32,000 bases of DNA from Actinomycetota bacterium (lineage in GTDB: Bacteria > Actinomycetota > Nitriliruptoria > Nitriliruptorales > Nitriliruptoraceae), in NCBI GenBank assembly GCA_019347575.1, contig JAHWKY010000012.1, forward strand, positions 34,648-66,647, in the 5' to 3' direction. Made by a program: the position numbers and the translations under genes. Numbering within the stretch: position 1 is the first letter of the stretch; each line of letters begins with the position of its first letter. The notes under the pieces are model-generated. The model was not told the DNA's origin. It saw only the letters and a program-made list of their open reading frames with translations, and did no database searches. Of the stretch, positions 1-8,313 are shown one piece after another.

Positions 1-344
1 TCACGCTCAACGGTCAGTCGTTCGCCGCCATGGACAGCGCACGTGTCGACGACGCCGGGTTCAACGAGGCGATCTCGATCATGGTGGGCTGCGAGGACCA
101 GGACGAGGTCGACCGCTACTGGGACAGCCTCTCCGCGGTCCCCGAGTCCGAGCAGTGCGGCTGGCTCAAGGACCGCTACGGCCTGTCGTGGCAGATCGTG
201 CCCGACGTCATGGGCGAGATGCTCACCAGCGGCAGCGAGGAGCAGACCAGGAGGGTCACCGAGGCCTTCCTCCCGATGAAGAAGCTCGACATCGCGACGC
301 TCCAGCGCGCGTACGACGGCACGGACGATCCGATCGGAGGTTGA
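1..344 (+). CDS. VOC/glyoxalase-fold protein (PhnB-like); 5' end lies outside the window
   Basis: The frame is open from the window edge (..LNGQSFAAMDSA..). The C-terminal GWLKDRYGLSWQIVP-type sequence is typical of PhnB-like VOC proteins. Stop at 342-344. Confidence 0.6.
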   Translation, partial: TLNGQSFAAMDSARVDDAGFNEAISIMVGCEDQDEVDRYWDSLSAVPESEQCGWLKDRYGLSWQIVPDVMGEMLTSGSEEQTRRVTEAFLPMKKLDIATLQRAYDGTDDPIGG

Positions 345-368
345 TCGTGGCAGGCAAACAACGCGTAC

Positions 369-1280
369 GTGTCGCTGCGCCCGACCAGCCGCGAGAAGGC
401 GGAGCCAAGGGCGAGACGGAACCCGCCGATGGCTAGACCCGCCAGGATCGGGGCGGTCGAGCCCCCGGTCGCCCGCATCGCCCTCAGCGCCATCCACGCC
501 GAGGGCCTGGTCAAGACGTTCAGCAGCCGCGACGGCGACGTCGAGGCGGTGCGGGGCGTCGACCTCGAGGTCACGACCGGCGAGGTCTTCGGCTTCCTCG
601 GTCCCAACGGAGCCGGCAAGTCGACCACGGTGCGGATGCTGACGACGCTGATGCGCATCGACGCCGGCTCAGCGGCGGTGGCCGGGGTCGACGTGGCAGC
701 CGAGCCCGATCGCGCACGCCAGCACATCGGTGTGGCGCTGCAGGAGGCGGGGCTCGACAACCGCCAGACCGGACGCGAACTGCTGGTCCTACAGGCCCGG
801 CTGTTCTCGATGACGCCCCGCGAGGCCGCCGACCGCGCCGAGGAGCTGCTCGAGCTCGTCGAGCTCACCGACGCGGCCGACCGCCTGATCAAGGGCTACT
901 CGGGCGGCATGAAGCGACGGCTCGACCTCGCCTCGGCGCTCGTGCACGAGCCCGACGTGCTGTTCCTCGACGAGCCCACCACCGGGCTCGATCCCGCCAG
1001 CCGCCTGACGGTCTGGGACGAGGTCCGTCGCATCAACGCCCGCGGGACCACCGTGTTCCTCACGACGCAGTACCTCGAGGAGGCCGACCAGCTGTGCGAC
1101 CGGCTGGCGATCATCGACGAAGGACGGATCGTGCGGGAGGGCTCCCCGGACGAGCTGAAACGTCAGTTGCGGCAGCGGCTCGATCTCGACCGCGAGCCCA
1201 CCCTGGACGACGTGTTCCTCGATGCCACCGGCCGCACCCGCGAACGGGTTGCCGGGGCGGTCAAGGAGGTGACCGCGTGA
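369..1280 (+). CDS. ABC transporter ATP-binding protein (DrrA/ABC-2 exporter type)
   Basis: Walker A GPNGAGKST, ABC signature YSGGMKRRL and Walker B LFLDEPTTGLD. The start is ambiguous (GTG 369 or ATG 429). Confidence 0.9.
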   Translation: MSLRPTSREKAEPRARRNPPMARPARIGAVEPPVARIALSAIHAEGLVKTFSSRDGDVEAVRGVDLEVTTGEVFGFLGPNGAGKSTTVRMLTTLMRIDAGSAAVAGVDVAAEPDRARQHIGVALQEAGLDNRQTGRELLVLQARLFSMTPREAADRAEELLELVELTDAADRLIKGYSGGMKRRLDLASALVHEPDVLFLDEPTTGLDPASRLTVWDEVRRINARGTTVFLTTQYLEEADQLCDRLAIIDEGRIVREGSPDELKRQLRQRLDLDREPTLDDVFLDATGRTRERVAGAVKEVTA

Positions 1281-2032
1281 GCAGTTCCCTCGTGCTGGGT
1301 CAACGCGCGATCCGGGAAGCGCTGCGGGCGCCGGACGCCCTGCTGCCGACGCTGTTCATCCCGCTGTTCTTCCTCGTCGTGAACGTCGGCCAGGCCGGGC
1401 GCATCTTCCCGTCCAACGACACGGCGTTCCTGCACGGCCAGAGCTACGCGGCGTTCCAGCTGCCGAACTCGCTGCTGATCGCTGCGTCCTTCGGCAGCGC
1501 CGCGCTCTACCTGGTCGAGGAGATCGAGGGGGGCTACCTCGACAAGCTGCGTGCGACCCCCGTCTCCCGCGCGTCGATCGTGCTGGGCCGGCTGTTCGCC
1601 GAGTTCGTCAAGAGCCTCGTCGTCAGCACGCTCGTCGTGGTGCTCGCGCTGCCGTTCGGGGCGCGGATGGCGAGCGGGTTCGCGGGCTTCCTGGCGCTCA
1701 TCGTGTTGATGGCGCTGTGGGCGATGGTGTTCAGCGGCTTCATGCAGCTCGTCGCGCTCAAGACCCGCAGCGCTGCGGCGACGCAGTCGGCGGGCCTGGT
1801 GTTCTTCCCGCTGCTGTTCCTGACGCCGAACTTCGTCCCGCGCGAGCTGCTGACACGGCCGATGGAGATCGCGGCGACCTTCAACCCCGTGACATACATC
1901 ATGGAGGGATCGAGGTCGCTGATCCTCGAGGGCTTCGAGCTGGCCTCGGTCGCACGCGGGTTCGTGGTGGTCGCGCTGGCCGGGGCGGCGATGATCGCGC
2001 TGAGCATCCGTTCGATCAACCGCTACGACTGA
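1277..2032 (+). CDS. ABC-2 type transporter permease
   Basis: GTG 1277 overlaps the ATPase stop (GTGA) and is preceded by AAGGAGG at 1264-1270. The product is hydrophobic and multi-TM. The longer 1094 start gives an R/P-rich extension inside the ATPase gene and was rejected. Confidence 0.85.
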   Translation: MSSSLVLGQRAIREALRAPDALLPTLFIPLFFLVVNVGQAGRIFPSNDTAFLHGQSYAAFQLPNSLLIAASFGSAALYLVEEIEGGYLDKLRATPVSRASIVLGRLFAEFVKSLVVSTLVVVLALPFGARMASGFAGFLALIVLMALWAMVFSGFMQLVALKTRSAAATQSAGLVFFPLLFLTPNFVPRELLTRPMEIAATFNPVTYIMEGSRSLILEGFELASVARGFVVVALAGAAMIALSIRSINRYD

Positions 2033-2091
2033 GCGCTCTGGCGCGGCCTCACCGAACGCTTCGAACGGCTTATCGGGCCCGTCGCTGCAGG

Positions 2092-2327
2092 GTGGCGGAG
2101 CACCTGGCGGATACCGGACTGCTCGACGACCGCCGCATCCTGAGCGGTTTCCCCCATGCCTCGGGCTCCAACGCGGACCGAATCGCGTACTTCCTGGGGA
2201 GGAAGGCCGCGCGGGACCTGTCCGACAAGACGAACGCGGCCGTGATCGACGCCGCCAAAGAACGACTCAAGACAAGGTCGCGGAACTCGCTGGCTTGCGC
2301 GGGGAGGAGGACGCACCCGGCGGATGA
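2092..2327 (+). pseudogene. Possible degraded coding remnant, function unknown
   Basis: Third-codon positions are strongly G/C from GTG 2092 (VAEHLADTGLLDDRRILSGF...AAVIDAAKERLK). The coding-like signal then continues in a shifted frame (DKVAELAGLRGEEDAPGG*), which suggests a frameshift near 2268-2272. I recognise no family. Confidence 0.2.
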
Positions 2328-2402
2328 TTTGGCGGGAAACACCCAGGACTGTCCCAGCCCTCCTCTAGGGTGCGGCCAGCGGCCATCTCAACGGGGGATC
2401 AC

Positions 2403-2550
2403 GTAACCGAACGTCTGCTCACACCATCCAAGGTCACGGCCTGGCTGGACTGCAACCACCACCTGACACGCTGCGCCAGCAGGCCGACGCCGGCGAGCTC
2501 GAGGTCACCGGCACCGGCTTCGGCGCGCTCAGCACGCTCCCGTACTCGAT
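2403..2550 (+). pseudogene. 5' remnant of a RecB-family (TM0106/Cas4-like) PD-(D/E)XK nuclease gene, frameshifted and truncated
   Basis: ..ERLLTPSKVTAWLDCNHHLT.. resembles the conserved N-terminus of RecB-like nucleases. A shifted frame continues LRQQADAGELEVTGTGFGALSTL. The protein-like signal is lost by about 2550, just before the first island gene. Confidence 0.3.
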
Positions 2551-2606
2551 ACTGAACTCAACCAAGCTCGTGACCGTGACACGGTCCTCTACGACCTGGA
2601 GACGAG

Positions 2607-3506
2607 ATGGCTGACATCAAGCTGTTCCAGACGGCTGGCCCGACGCCTATCGAGCTCGACGCACGGTCGGCCGCCCTCGAGAAGTCCCTCCAGAACCTGA
2701 TCGAAAGACATCTCGACGTCTTCCTGGGCGTGCGGTTCCTCGCGAGCGAGTACTCCACCGGCCGCAAGCACCGGGGACGCATCGACACTCTCGGTCTCGA
2801 TGAGAACAACTCCCCCGTCATCATCGAGTACAAGCGCTCGACCGGCGAGAATGTCATCAACCAGGGGCTGTTCTACCTCGACTGGCTGCTGGACCATCGC
2901 GCCGAGTTCCAAGCGCTCGTTGCTCAGGTCGTCGGTGGCGATGTTGTCGTCGATTGGTCTGCCCCGCGGCTTCTGTGCATCGCCGGCGACTTCACCCGGT
3001 ACGACGAACATGCTGTGGAGCAGATCAGCCGATCCATCGAGCTCATCCGCTACCGACAATACGGCAGCGAGCTCTTGCTGTTCGAGCTGGTCAACGCCGC
3101 AGCGACCGACGCCAGCGCGCCTACCACGCCAACGAGCGGCGCTGGATCCGAGAAAACGGTCGCCGATTACCTCGCGCAGGCTCCTGCCGTGATGGTCGAT
3201 CGCTACAGGACGCTGGAGGAGTTCGCACTGTCACTCGGGGACGACGTGACGAAGAAGGAGTTGAAGAACTACTTCGCGTTCCGGCGCCTGAAGAACTTCG
3301 CCTGCATCGAGGTGCACCCAGGTGGCGGTCACCTGCTCGTATACGTGAAGGTGAATCCGGACGAAGTCGAACTCGTCGACGGCCTGTTGCGAGATGTCCG
3401 GAACATCGGACACTTCGGCACTGGTGACCTTGAGGTCCGAGTCACCGACGACGACCACCTCGATGTCGCCAAGGAAATGATCCGGCGTAGCTACGAGGTC
3501 AGCTGA
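2607..3506 (+). CDS. NucS/DUF91-like PD-(D/E)XK endonuclease with a DUF5655-like C-terminal domain
   Basis: GGAG lies 5-8 nt upstream of ATG 2607. The nuclease core is GRIDTLGLDENNSPVIIEYKR (D...E-x-K). The C-terminal half (KNYFAFRRLKNFACIEVHP...VYVKV) resembles DUF5655. Confidence 0.7.
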   Translation: MADIKLFQTAGPTPIELDARSAALEKSLQNLIERHLDVFLGVRFLASEYSTGRKHRGRIDTLGLDENNSPVIIEYKRSTGENVINQGLFYLDWLLDHRAEFQALVAQVVGGDVVVDWSAPRLLCIAGDFTRYDEHAVEQISRSIELIRYRQYGSELLLFELVNAAATDASAPTTPTSGAGSEKTVADYLAQAPAVMVDRYRTLEEFALSLGDDVTKKELKNYFAFRRLKNFACIEVHPGGGHLLVYVKVNPDEVELVDGLLRDVRNIGHFGTGDLEVRVTDDDHLDVAKEMIRRSYEVS

Positions 3507-3522
3507 CGCTCAGCACAAACGA

Positions 3523-3579
3523 TGGGGAGACCTACAGCGCACGATCCGACGGCGCGTGCGCGACCTCGGAGGCAAGTGA
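3523..3579 (+). pseudogene. Remnant of the last ~18 codons of a hipA-like gene
   Basis: Translates to W-GDLQRTIRRRVRDLGGK*. The intact hipA at 27364-27423 ends WMRDLQRTIRRRVRDLGGR*. Confidence 0.8.
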
Positions 3580-3631
3580 TCGGGATGCAGCGCCACGTGC
3601 GTGGGCACACCGGAGCGGCGAAACCCCTGAG
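3529..3631 (+). repeat. Direct repeat copy A (hipA 3' end plus ~50 nt downstream); partner at 27373-27474
   Basis: My hand alignment covers about 103 nt with about 14 differences including one 1-nt indel. Both copies share the core GGCACACCGGAGCGGCG(A/G)AACCCC. Weaker similarity may extend about 30 nt further upstream. Confidence 0.85.
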
Positions 3632-3733
3632 TAGTGTGTTTCGGCGACTCACGTACGAAGCCGTGGCCACGTGCAGACGACCTCATGGCCGCAGCAGCTC
3701 ATAACGCTCCCTCGGAGCGCGCGTCCGGGAGTG

Positions 3734-3768
3734 ACCAACTGGCGGCGATCGGCCGCCAGTAGAGTTGG
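3734..3768. terminator. Long imperfect GC-rich hairpin between convergent genes (candidate bidirectional terminator)
   Basis: ccaactggcggc-gatcg-gccgccagt(ag)agttgg. The inner stem is 9 bp (3738-3746 / 3752-3760) and the outer stem is 6 bp with a 2-nt bulge. There is no clear U-tract. Confidence 0.4.
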
Positions 3769-3926
3769 CCCGCAGATGGTACGCGCCGTCTTGGCGTGCC
3801 TCGTCTCGAGTTCCAGAGCCTTGTCGTCCTACCAGCGGACTGTCGCCTCGTCGGGCTACCGAAGTGCGTCCACAGGCTCCAGCTCACCGAAATTTCCTGC
3901 CGCAAGCGCTACTGCTACGCGCAGTG

Positions 3927-5954
3927 CTACAAAGAGTCTTGAGTGGGCTGCCCCGGGGCTAAGAGGCGGCCCTCGTATTGGTACAAGTCGTATTCGTATC
4001 CCTCCAGCATGTCCATTAGCGACTCCGTCGCCTCACTAGTAAAGACAACGACCTGGCCGTGCTCATTCGCCATCGTCGCTGCCCGCTGGAGCAAGTGTTC
4101 CAGACTGACATCATCGACGCCCTGCTGTCCTGGCTCATCGAAGAGGAGAAATCCTGGGTGGTTAGTGTCGAACCGGCGTCCCGTCGCCATTAGCCCGAGC
4201 ATGTACGACCAGATGAGTCGGATCAGGTCGCTACCCGAGAGTTCGAAGTGCAAGTCGAAGCCCTCGACAGAGGGGCGATAGCTGTCTTCGTCGAGCTCGA
4301 TTGACGTCACAGGTATCGAGCCGAGCCCGTAGTCAGAGAGTTGATCTCGGAGAAAGTCCCCGAAAGCCTGAACCTTCTCCCGATCTCGAGCTGAGAGTCG
4401 CGCCGAGCGCAACTGATCGCGCCGTTCCTCCAACTCTTCGAGCCGCGAGGACAGGGTCACCAACTCTTCCTCCAGATCGCTGAGGAGGTCAGCAGCCTCG
4501 CGTATGCTCTCTAGGCGCCTCTCTACGAACAGGCGTCTTTCAACGTCCGCTTCCGTTGGGGCGCCGGAGGGTTGGCTGAGTGACTGTCGTAGGCTGCGGA
4601 GCTGGGCCTGGACAGATGCTGCTTCGGTTCGGAGCGCGGCCAATTCCGTTTGAACGACTTCCTGATCTTCGATGGCGGCGGCGAGGAGGTAGCGAAGTGT
4701 CTCCCGCTGTTTCTCCAAGAACGTGATGCTCTCGTCGACGCTAGTGACGATGACTCCCTCTGCATCCTCCAGCAGTGCGTCGGGCAGGGGCCGCTCGCAA
4801 GTGGGGCAGTGCTCCTGTGCCATGGGACTGTGGAGTGGGGACGACCCGAAACGGCGGAGCGTGCGGACGTCTCGGTATCGGCTCAGGTCCGATTCGTTCT
4901 CCTCTAGGCGACGGTCGAGGCGGCGCGAAGCTTCCGCCGACGCATCTGCCTGGGATTGCAACGCTTGCCCACGCAGAAGCAGTTCGTCCAACGTCTCCTG
5001 GCCCTGAGCGAGTTCAGCCAGTACCGCTTCGTCCGTGTCGGACGAGGCCGAGCGGCTTCCTTGTTGCCGTAGACGGGACAGTTCTTCTTCTAGTCGCTCC
5101 TGGACCTCGGAGACTGGCTGCCAGCCGTCGGAGCCGGCCACAATCAGTTGAAGATCAAGGCTGGTCAGGCCGATACGCGGCTGGCTCGGGTACTGTGGAG
5201 CACCCAGGCCGCGAGTTCGAAGCGCTTCGCGGAAGGCAGCCACGACTGAGCGCCAGTCGGATCGCAACTGACGGATGTCGGCTTCGACTTGCTCAAGCTC
5301 TGCTTGCCAGTTTCCCGATTCAAGACTCAACAAAAACTGGATCGCCTGCTCGGCAGGCTGTCGAATCCTGAACTGGCGCGGAACCGTCGCGGAGATGTCG
5401 GACCAACCGCGCTTCTGTTCGACCACTAAGAAGGGAAAGAGGCATTCGACATACAGAGGCACAAGCGTTCCGTCGAAGCGAGGAACGTGGGGAAGGCGCC
5501 ACCCGAGAAACTGTGCGAGAAGACGGTGGAACCCAGCTTCGTTCTGCGCAGCGCCTTGGTACCTAACGAAGTAATCCCTACCTTCTGCCTCACCGCCTCG
5601 CCAAACCCGTACTAGACGGGGATCGAAATTCTGGCTCCGGCCATAGCGTTGCGTGCGTAGCCGTTCTCCCTCGCCATTCACGATGACAACCTCGACCCAA
5701 GAAGCTTCAACCGGGATCTCCTCGGGACTTACCGAATCTCGTACCGAGCCGGTCATTGCATGTTGTAGGAGTGCACCGGAAGTCGATGACACCATGTGGT
5801 CAAGACCGAGTCCGTACAGCAAGCCCTGAACTACCGTCGACTTGCCCATGGAGTTGTCCGCACGCACGATCTGCAGACCAGTCTCGAACTCCTGGAAGAA
5901 CTCAAACGTGCGACTTGCCGTGAGCGACGTGAGCCGTATCGATTCAAGATGCAT
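3927..5954 (-). CDS. SMC/Rad50-like ABC ATPase of a Lamassu / ABC-3C-type system (LmuB-like)
   Basis: Walker A DNSMGKST, a long coiled-coil middle with HCPTCERP (CxxC encoded at 4797-4808), signature-like LSGSD and Walker B FLLFDEPGQQG. The start (ATG 5954 or TTG 5957) overlaps the upstream stop. Confidence 0.8.
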   Translation of the reverse strand: MHLESIRLTSLTASRTFEFFQEFETGLQIVRADNSMGKSTVVQGLLYGLGLDHMVSSTSGALLQHAMTGSVRDSVSPEEIPVEASWVEVVIVNGEGERLRTQRYGRSQNFDPRLVRVWRGGEAEGRDYFVRYQGAAQNEAGFHRLLAQFLGWRLPHVPRFDGTLVPLYVECLFPFLVVEQKRGWSDISATVPRQFRIRQPAEQAIQFLLSLESGNWQAELEQVEADIRQLRSDWRSVVAAFREALRTRGLGAPQYPSQPRIGLTSLDLQLIVAGSDGWQPVSEVQERLEEELSRLRQQGSRSASSDTDEAVLAELAQGQETLDELLLRGQALQSQADASAEASRRLDRRLEENESDLSRYRDVRTLRRFGSSPLHSPMAQEHCPTCERPLPDALLEDAEGVIVTSVDESITFLEKQRETLRYLLAAAIEDQEVVQTELAALRTEAASVQAQLRSLRQSLSQPSGAPTEADVERRLFVERRLESIREAADLLSDLEEELVTLSSRLEELEERRDQLRSARLSARDREKVQAFGDFLRDQLSDYGLGSIPVTSIELDEDSYRPSVEGFDLHFELSGSDLIRLIWSYMLGLMATGRRFDTNHPGFLLFDEPGQQGVDDVSLEHLLQRAATMANEHGQVVVFTSEATESLMDMLEGYEYDLYQYEGRLLAPGQPTQDSL

Positions 5955-6427
5955 CAAAGGGACACCCCCTCGACGTCTGCAGAGGTCGGTAGCAGGGCCA
6001 CCACCCGGCTTTGGGTGATCGGTTGAGGGAGTTCGTTCAGCAATTGGACTACGTCGGACATCAGGCCCGCATCCAGGAGCTGCGTGAGATGTTCTCGGCC
6101 GCTATGCGTGAGGACGATCGAGCCGCTGGACTGACGATCTGCCAGTCCGCGGATGACCGCACGCGTGACTGCCTGATCCACGGCCGGGTTGAAGCGGACC
6201 CCCATCCGTCGCCAGATACTGCGCTGGGGAGTGTCCGCTGCGTAGGCAGCGACGAACTGGCTGAAGTTCTCTCTGCTCCTCGCAGCCCACACCAATGCAT
6301 GGAGTTGGGGAAGACCCGCTCGGTCGCCCCAGCAAGCATCTATGGCTAGTAGAACGACCGCGACCATCCAGTCGGGCCTCAGTTCAGGCGGGAGGTGCTG
6401 CCCACGTCGATCGAACTGGGATCTCAT
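5954..6427 (-). CDS. Small middle component of the Lamassu / ABC-3C-type system (LmuC-like)
   Basis: A ~157-aa protein wedged between the effector and the ATPase. ATG 6427 overlaps the upstream stop (ATGA) and its own stop overlaps the ATPase start. The call rests on position and size, not on a motif. Confidence 0.6.
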   Translation of the reverse strand: MRSQFDRRGQHLPPELRPDWMVAVVLLAIDACWGDRAGLPQLHALVWAARSRENFSQFVAAYAADTPQRSIWRRMGVRFNPAVDQAVTRAVIRGLADRQSSGSIVLTHSGREHLTQLLDAGLMSDVVQLLNELPQPITQSRVVALLPTSADVEGVSL

Positions 6428-7299
6428 TCCTCGACCCAGTCCAGCCGGCAATCGAGGATCCAGCTGGCCGTCGCCCCTCTGGCCAGCTTGAGTATGTCTG
6501 CAGCGGACAGCGCAGGAAGGGCGTCGCTGAACACTTCTTGGAGACGGGCGACGATGTGCTGGATGAGTTCCCTAGGCGTTCCTGAGTGGCCATCGATTTC
6601 GAATCCGATTCCCTCAACCTCAACGGCTTCCGTGCGCAACATCGCTTGATGAGCTTCCGGGAACTGCTCGAGAGCGGCTTGCGCCTCTAGGTACCGCCCA
6701 TAGAAGGCTTGAATGTCGATCACGAACCGGTCACGCCGTGTGGCGTGTTCCGGTTCCACGCTCTCCGCTTTGCGACTCAAGTTTCCTATGAATTCCGGTG
6801 GACTGGTGGCTGCAGGCGGGTTCTCCTGGTGAGGGAGGGCGACGTTGCTGGACACCAGGTTCAGTGCGGCCTCAATGTCGCCCCGCAGAGCAGCAGCGTC
6901 ACGAATGTGGATTCGAAACTGGGGGTCGATGCCGTCGAGTCCCATTTCACGAACTTCCTGAGCCTTCTTAGCTGCGTGATCGAGAAGGTGTCGACTGTCG
7001 TGCTTGGGCACGACCAGTTCCCAGACGGCGATCGGTCCCCCCAACCAATCGGTGATGGTCGAAAGGTTTTCAATTGTCGTCCGAAGATCGTCCGTGATCT
7101 TCCTCTGCTGCCTTTTCAGGCGGGTGGGGACGTCCAGGAAGGGGTCCGCGGGGCCGTAGCACTGAAAGACTCGCCGAGAGTCAGGTTCGTAGCCGTCGAT
7201 TCCGCAATCACCATCGTGCTGGGCCGGGACCGGTTGGAAGTTGGGGTACCGGTGACCGAGAGCGCGTACCGCGACGTTCTCCCAATCGTCCCCGGCCAA
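6424..7299 (-). CDS. Effector of the Lamassu / ABC-3C-type system with an Mrr-like restriction-endonuclease N-terminal domain (LmuA-like)
   Basis: The N-terminus WENVAVRALG...HDGDCGIDGYEPDSRRVFQCYG matches the Mrr-cat pattern (FE..., GDGGIDG, hQCK), but Y replaces the lysine. The C-terminal half is helical. The only start candidate is TTG 7299, so the start is uncertain. Confidence 0.6.
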   Translation of the reverse strand: MAGDDWENVAVRALGHRYPNFQPVPAQHDGDCGIDGYEPDSRRVFQCYGPADPFLDVPTRLKRQQRKITDDLRTTIENLSTITDWLGGPIAVWELVVPKHDSRHLLDHAAKKAQEVREMGLDGIDPQFRIHIRDAAALRGDIEAALNLVSSNVALPHQENPPAATSPPEFIGNLSRKAESVEPEHATRRDRFVIDIQAFYGRYLEAQAALEQFPEAHQAMLRTEAVEVEGIGFEIDGHSGTPRELIQHIVARLQEVFSDALPALSAADILKLARGATASWILDCRLDWVEE

Positions 7300-7408
7300 G
7301 TGTTCGCCGTAGATAAGTCCCCCGATCCTCGCCGAGGAACCCTAGTCGTGTACCCCACGCAAGACTAGAACCCGCCGGAATGAGGTCCTCCCTCAGCTCG
7401 GGCCCTGT

Positions 7409-7437
7409 CGGGGGCGCCAACTCTCGAGGCGCCCCCG
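7409..7437. terminator. GC-rich hairpin separating the nuclease operon from the Lamassu-like operon
   Basis: cgggggcgcc (7409-7418), a 9-nt loop, then ggcgcccccg (7428-7437), giving a perfect 10-bp stem. There is no U-tract. Confidence 0.4.
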
Positions 7438-7772
7438 GGCACCGATAGCTCCGGTGGCATCTCAACACGGACTGGACCGGCCAGAGCGCAATCTTGGGGG
7501 TGACACCGCATGGGCTACGTTCTCGGCGCGTGGCGGTTTCGAGCGGCTCGACTGGCCAACGAAGGCGCACACAGCGGGACGCTCGCGCTGGGCCCGACCT
7601 AGGGCTTGACGTCGTTGAGGGCCGTTCTCAAGGCGTGCGACCAGCGAACCAGCGGAGATGTGTTTTCGGGGCGTGTGGACGATCCGCGAGAACGAAGCGA
7701 CGCAGGGGGTGCCAGCGCCCGAAGGCGGCCCAGCATGTTAGCGCGGGTGGCAGCGACTGCTCTCGGGTGCCG

Positions 7773-8313
7773 TCATCGCCGCGCAAGCTCGTCGCGTATC
7801 TCCTCCATGACCGGGCGCAGACTTTGAAGATGATCGATAACGGCCCCGCAGTAGTCGCGCAGCTCGCGGTCGCCGGACCAGACGTCCCCGAAGGGTTCGA
7901 GCGCCCAGCCGTCACCCTCCGGGGCAGGCCGTTTTACGTACGTGTAGTGCGCGACGCGAACTCGGGCCTTCGCCGCGTCACGAGCGATCTCGGCGAAGCG
8001 CCAAGCTTCCAGCGGAGCTACAAGCGGGTCCTTCTCGTCCGCGGCCATGAGCGCCTTGATGACGCTTGAGAGGTTCGTGGTCGAGCAGCCAAGGCTCAGG
8101 GCCTTGTTCAGACCCGCCGCCACGCGGTCGCCCGCGGCGATGAACGCCTGCAGGACGCCCTCGAAAGTGAGCTTGGACGGCGACCGGAGGCACCGGACCG
8201 CGCGGCAGCTCCTCGTAGGCGCGCTCCAGCTCGATCAGGTGGTACTCAGCGATAGCGATCTTGCGCTCTGCGCCATCGAGGTACCGCTCCAGAGCCTGGT
8301 TCGCGCCATTCAC
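7773..8313 (-). pseudogene. ~180-aa helical protein of unknown function, interrupted by a 1-nt frameshift (or sequencing error); carries an R-x4-H (HEPN-like) motif
   Basis: GTG 8313 overlaps the stop of the upstream nuclease gene (GTGA). VNGANQALERYLDGAERKIAIAEYHLIELERAYEEL.. turns into R/G/P-rich junk near 8175-8203, and a second frame becomes protein-like there (SKLTFEGVLQAFIAAGD...). The 541-nt span is 3n+1. RVRVAH is encoded at 7947-7964. Confidence 0.5.

Noticed and set aside
1094-1276. Upstream extension of the permease ORF
   Set aside because: It overlaps the ABC ATPase gene in another frame and is R/P-rich. GTG 1277, with a strong AAGGAGG RBS and a GTGA overlap, is the better start.
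3522-4039. Small plus-strand ORFs (3522-3704, 3671-4039) in the gap after the first nuclease gene
   Set aside because: The first is an off-frame reading of the hipA-remnant repeat. The second runs into the antisense of the ATPase gene. Neither is protein-like.
7300-7772. ORFs 7494-8069 (+), 7208-7570 (-) and others in the gap upstream of the Lamassu-like operon
   Set aside because: Their translations are R/G/P-rich with no motifs. I treat the region as intergenic (promoter plus hairpin).
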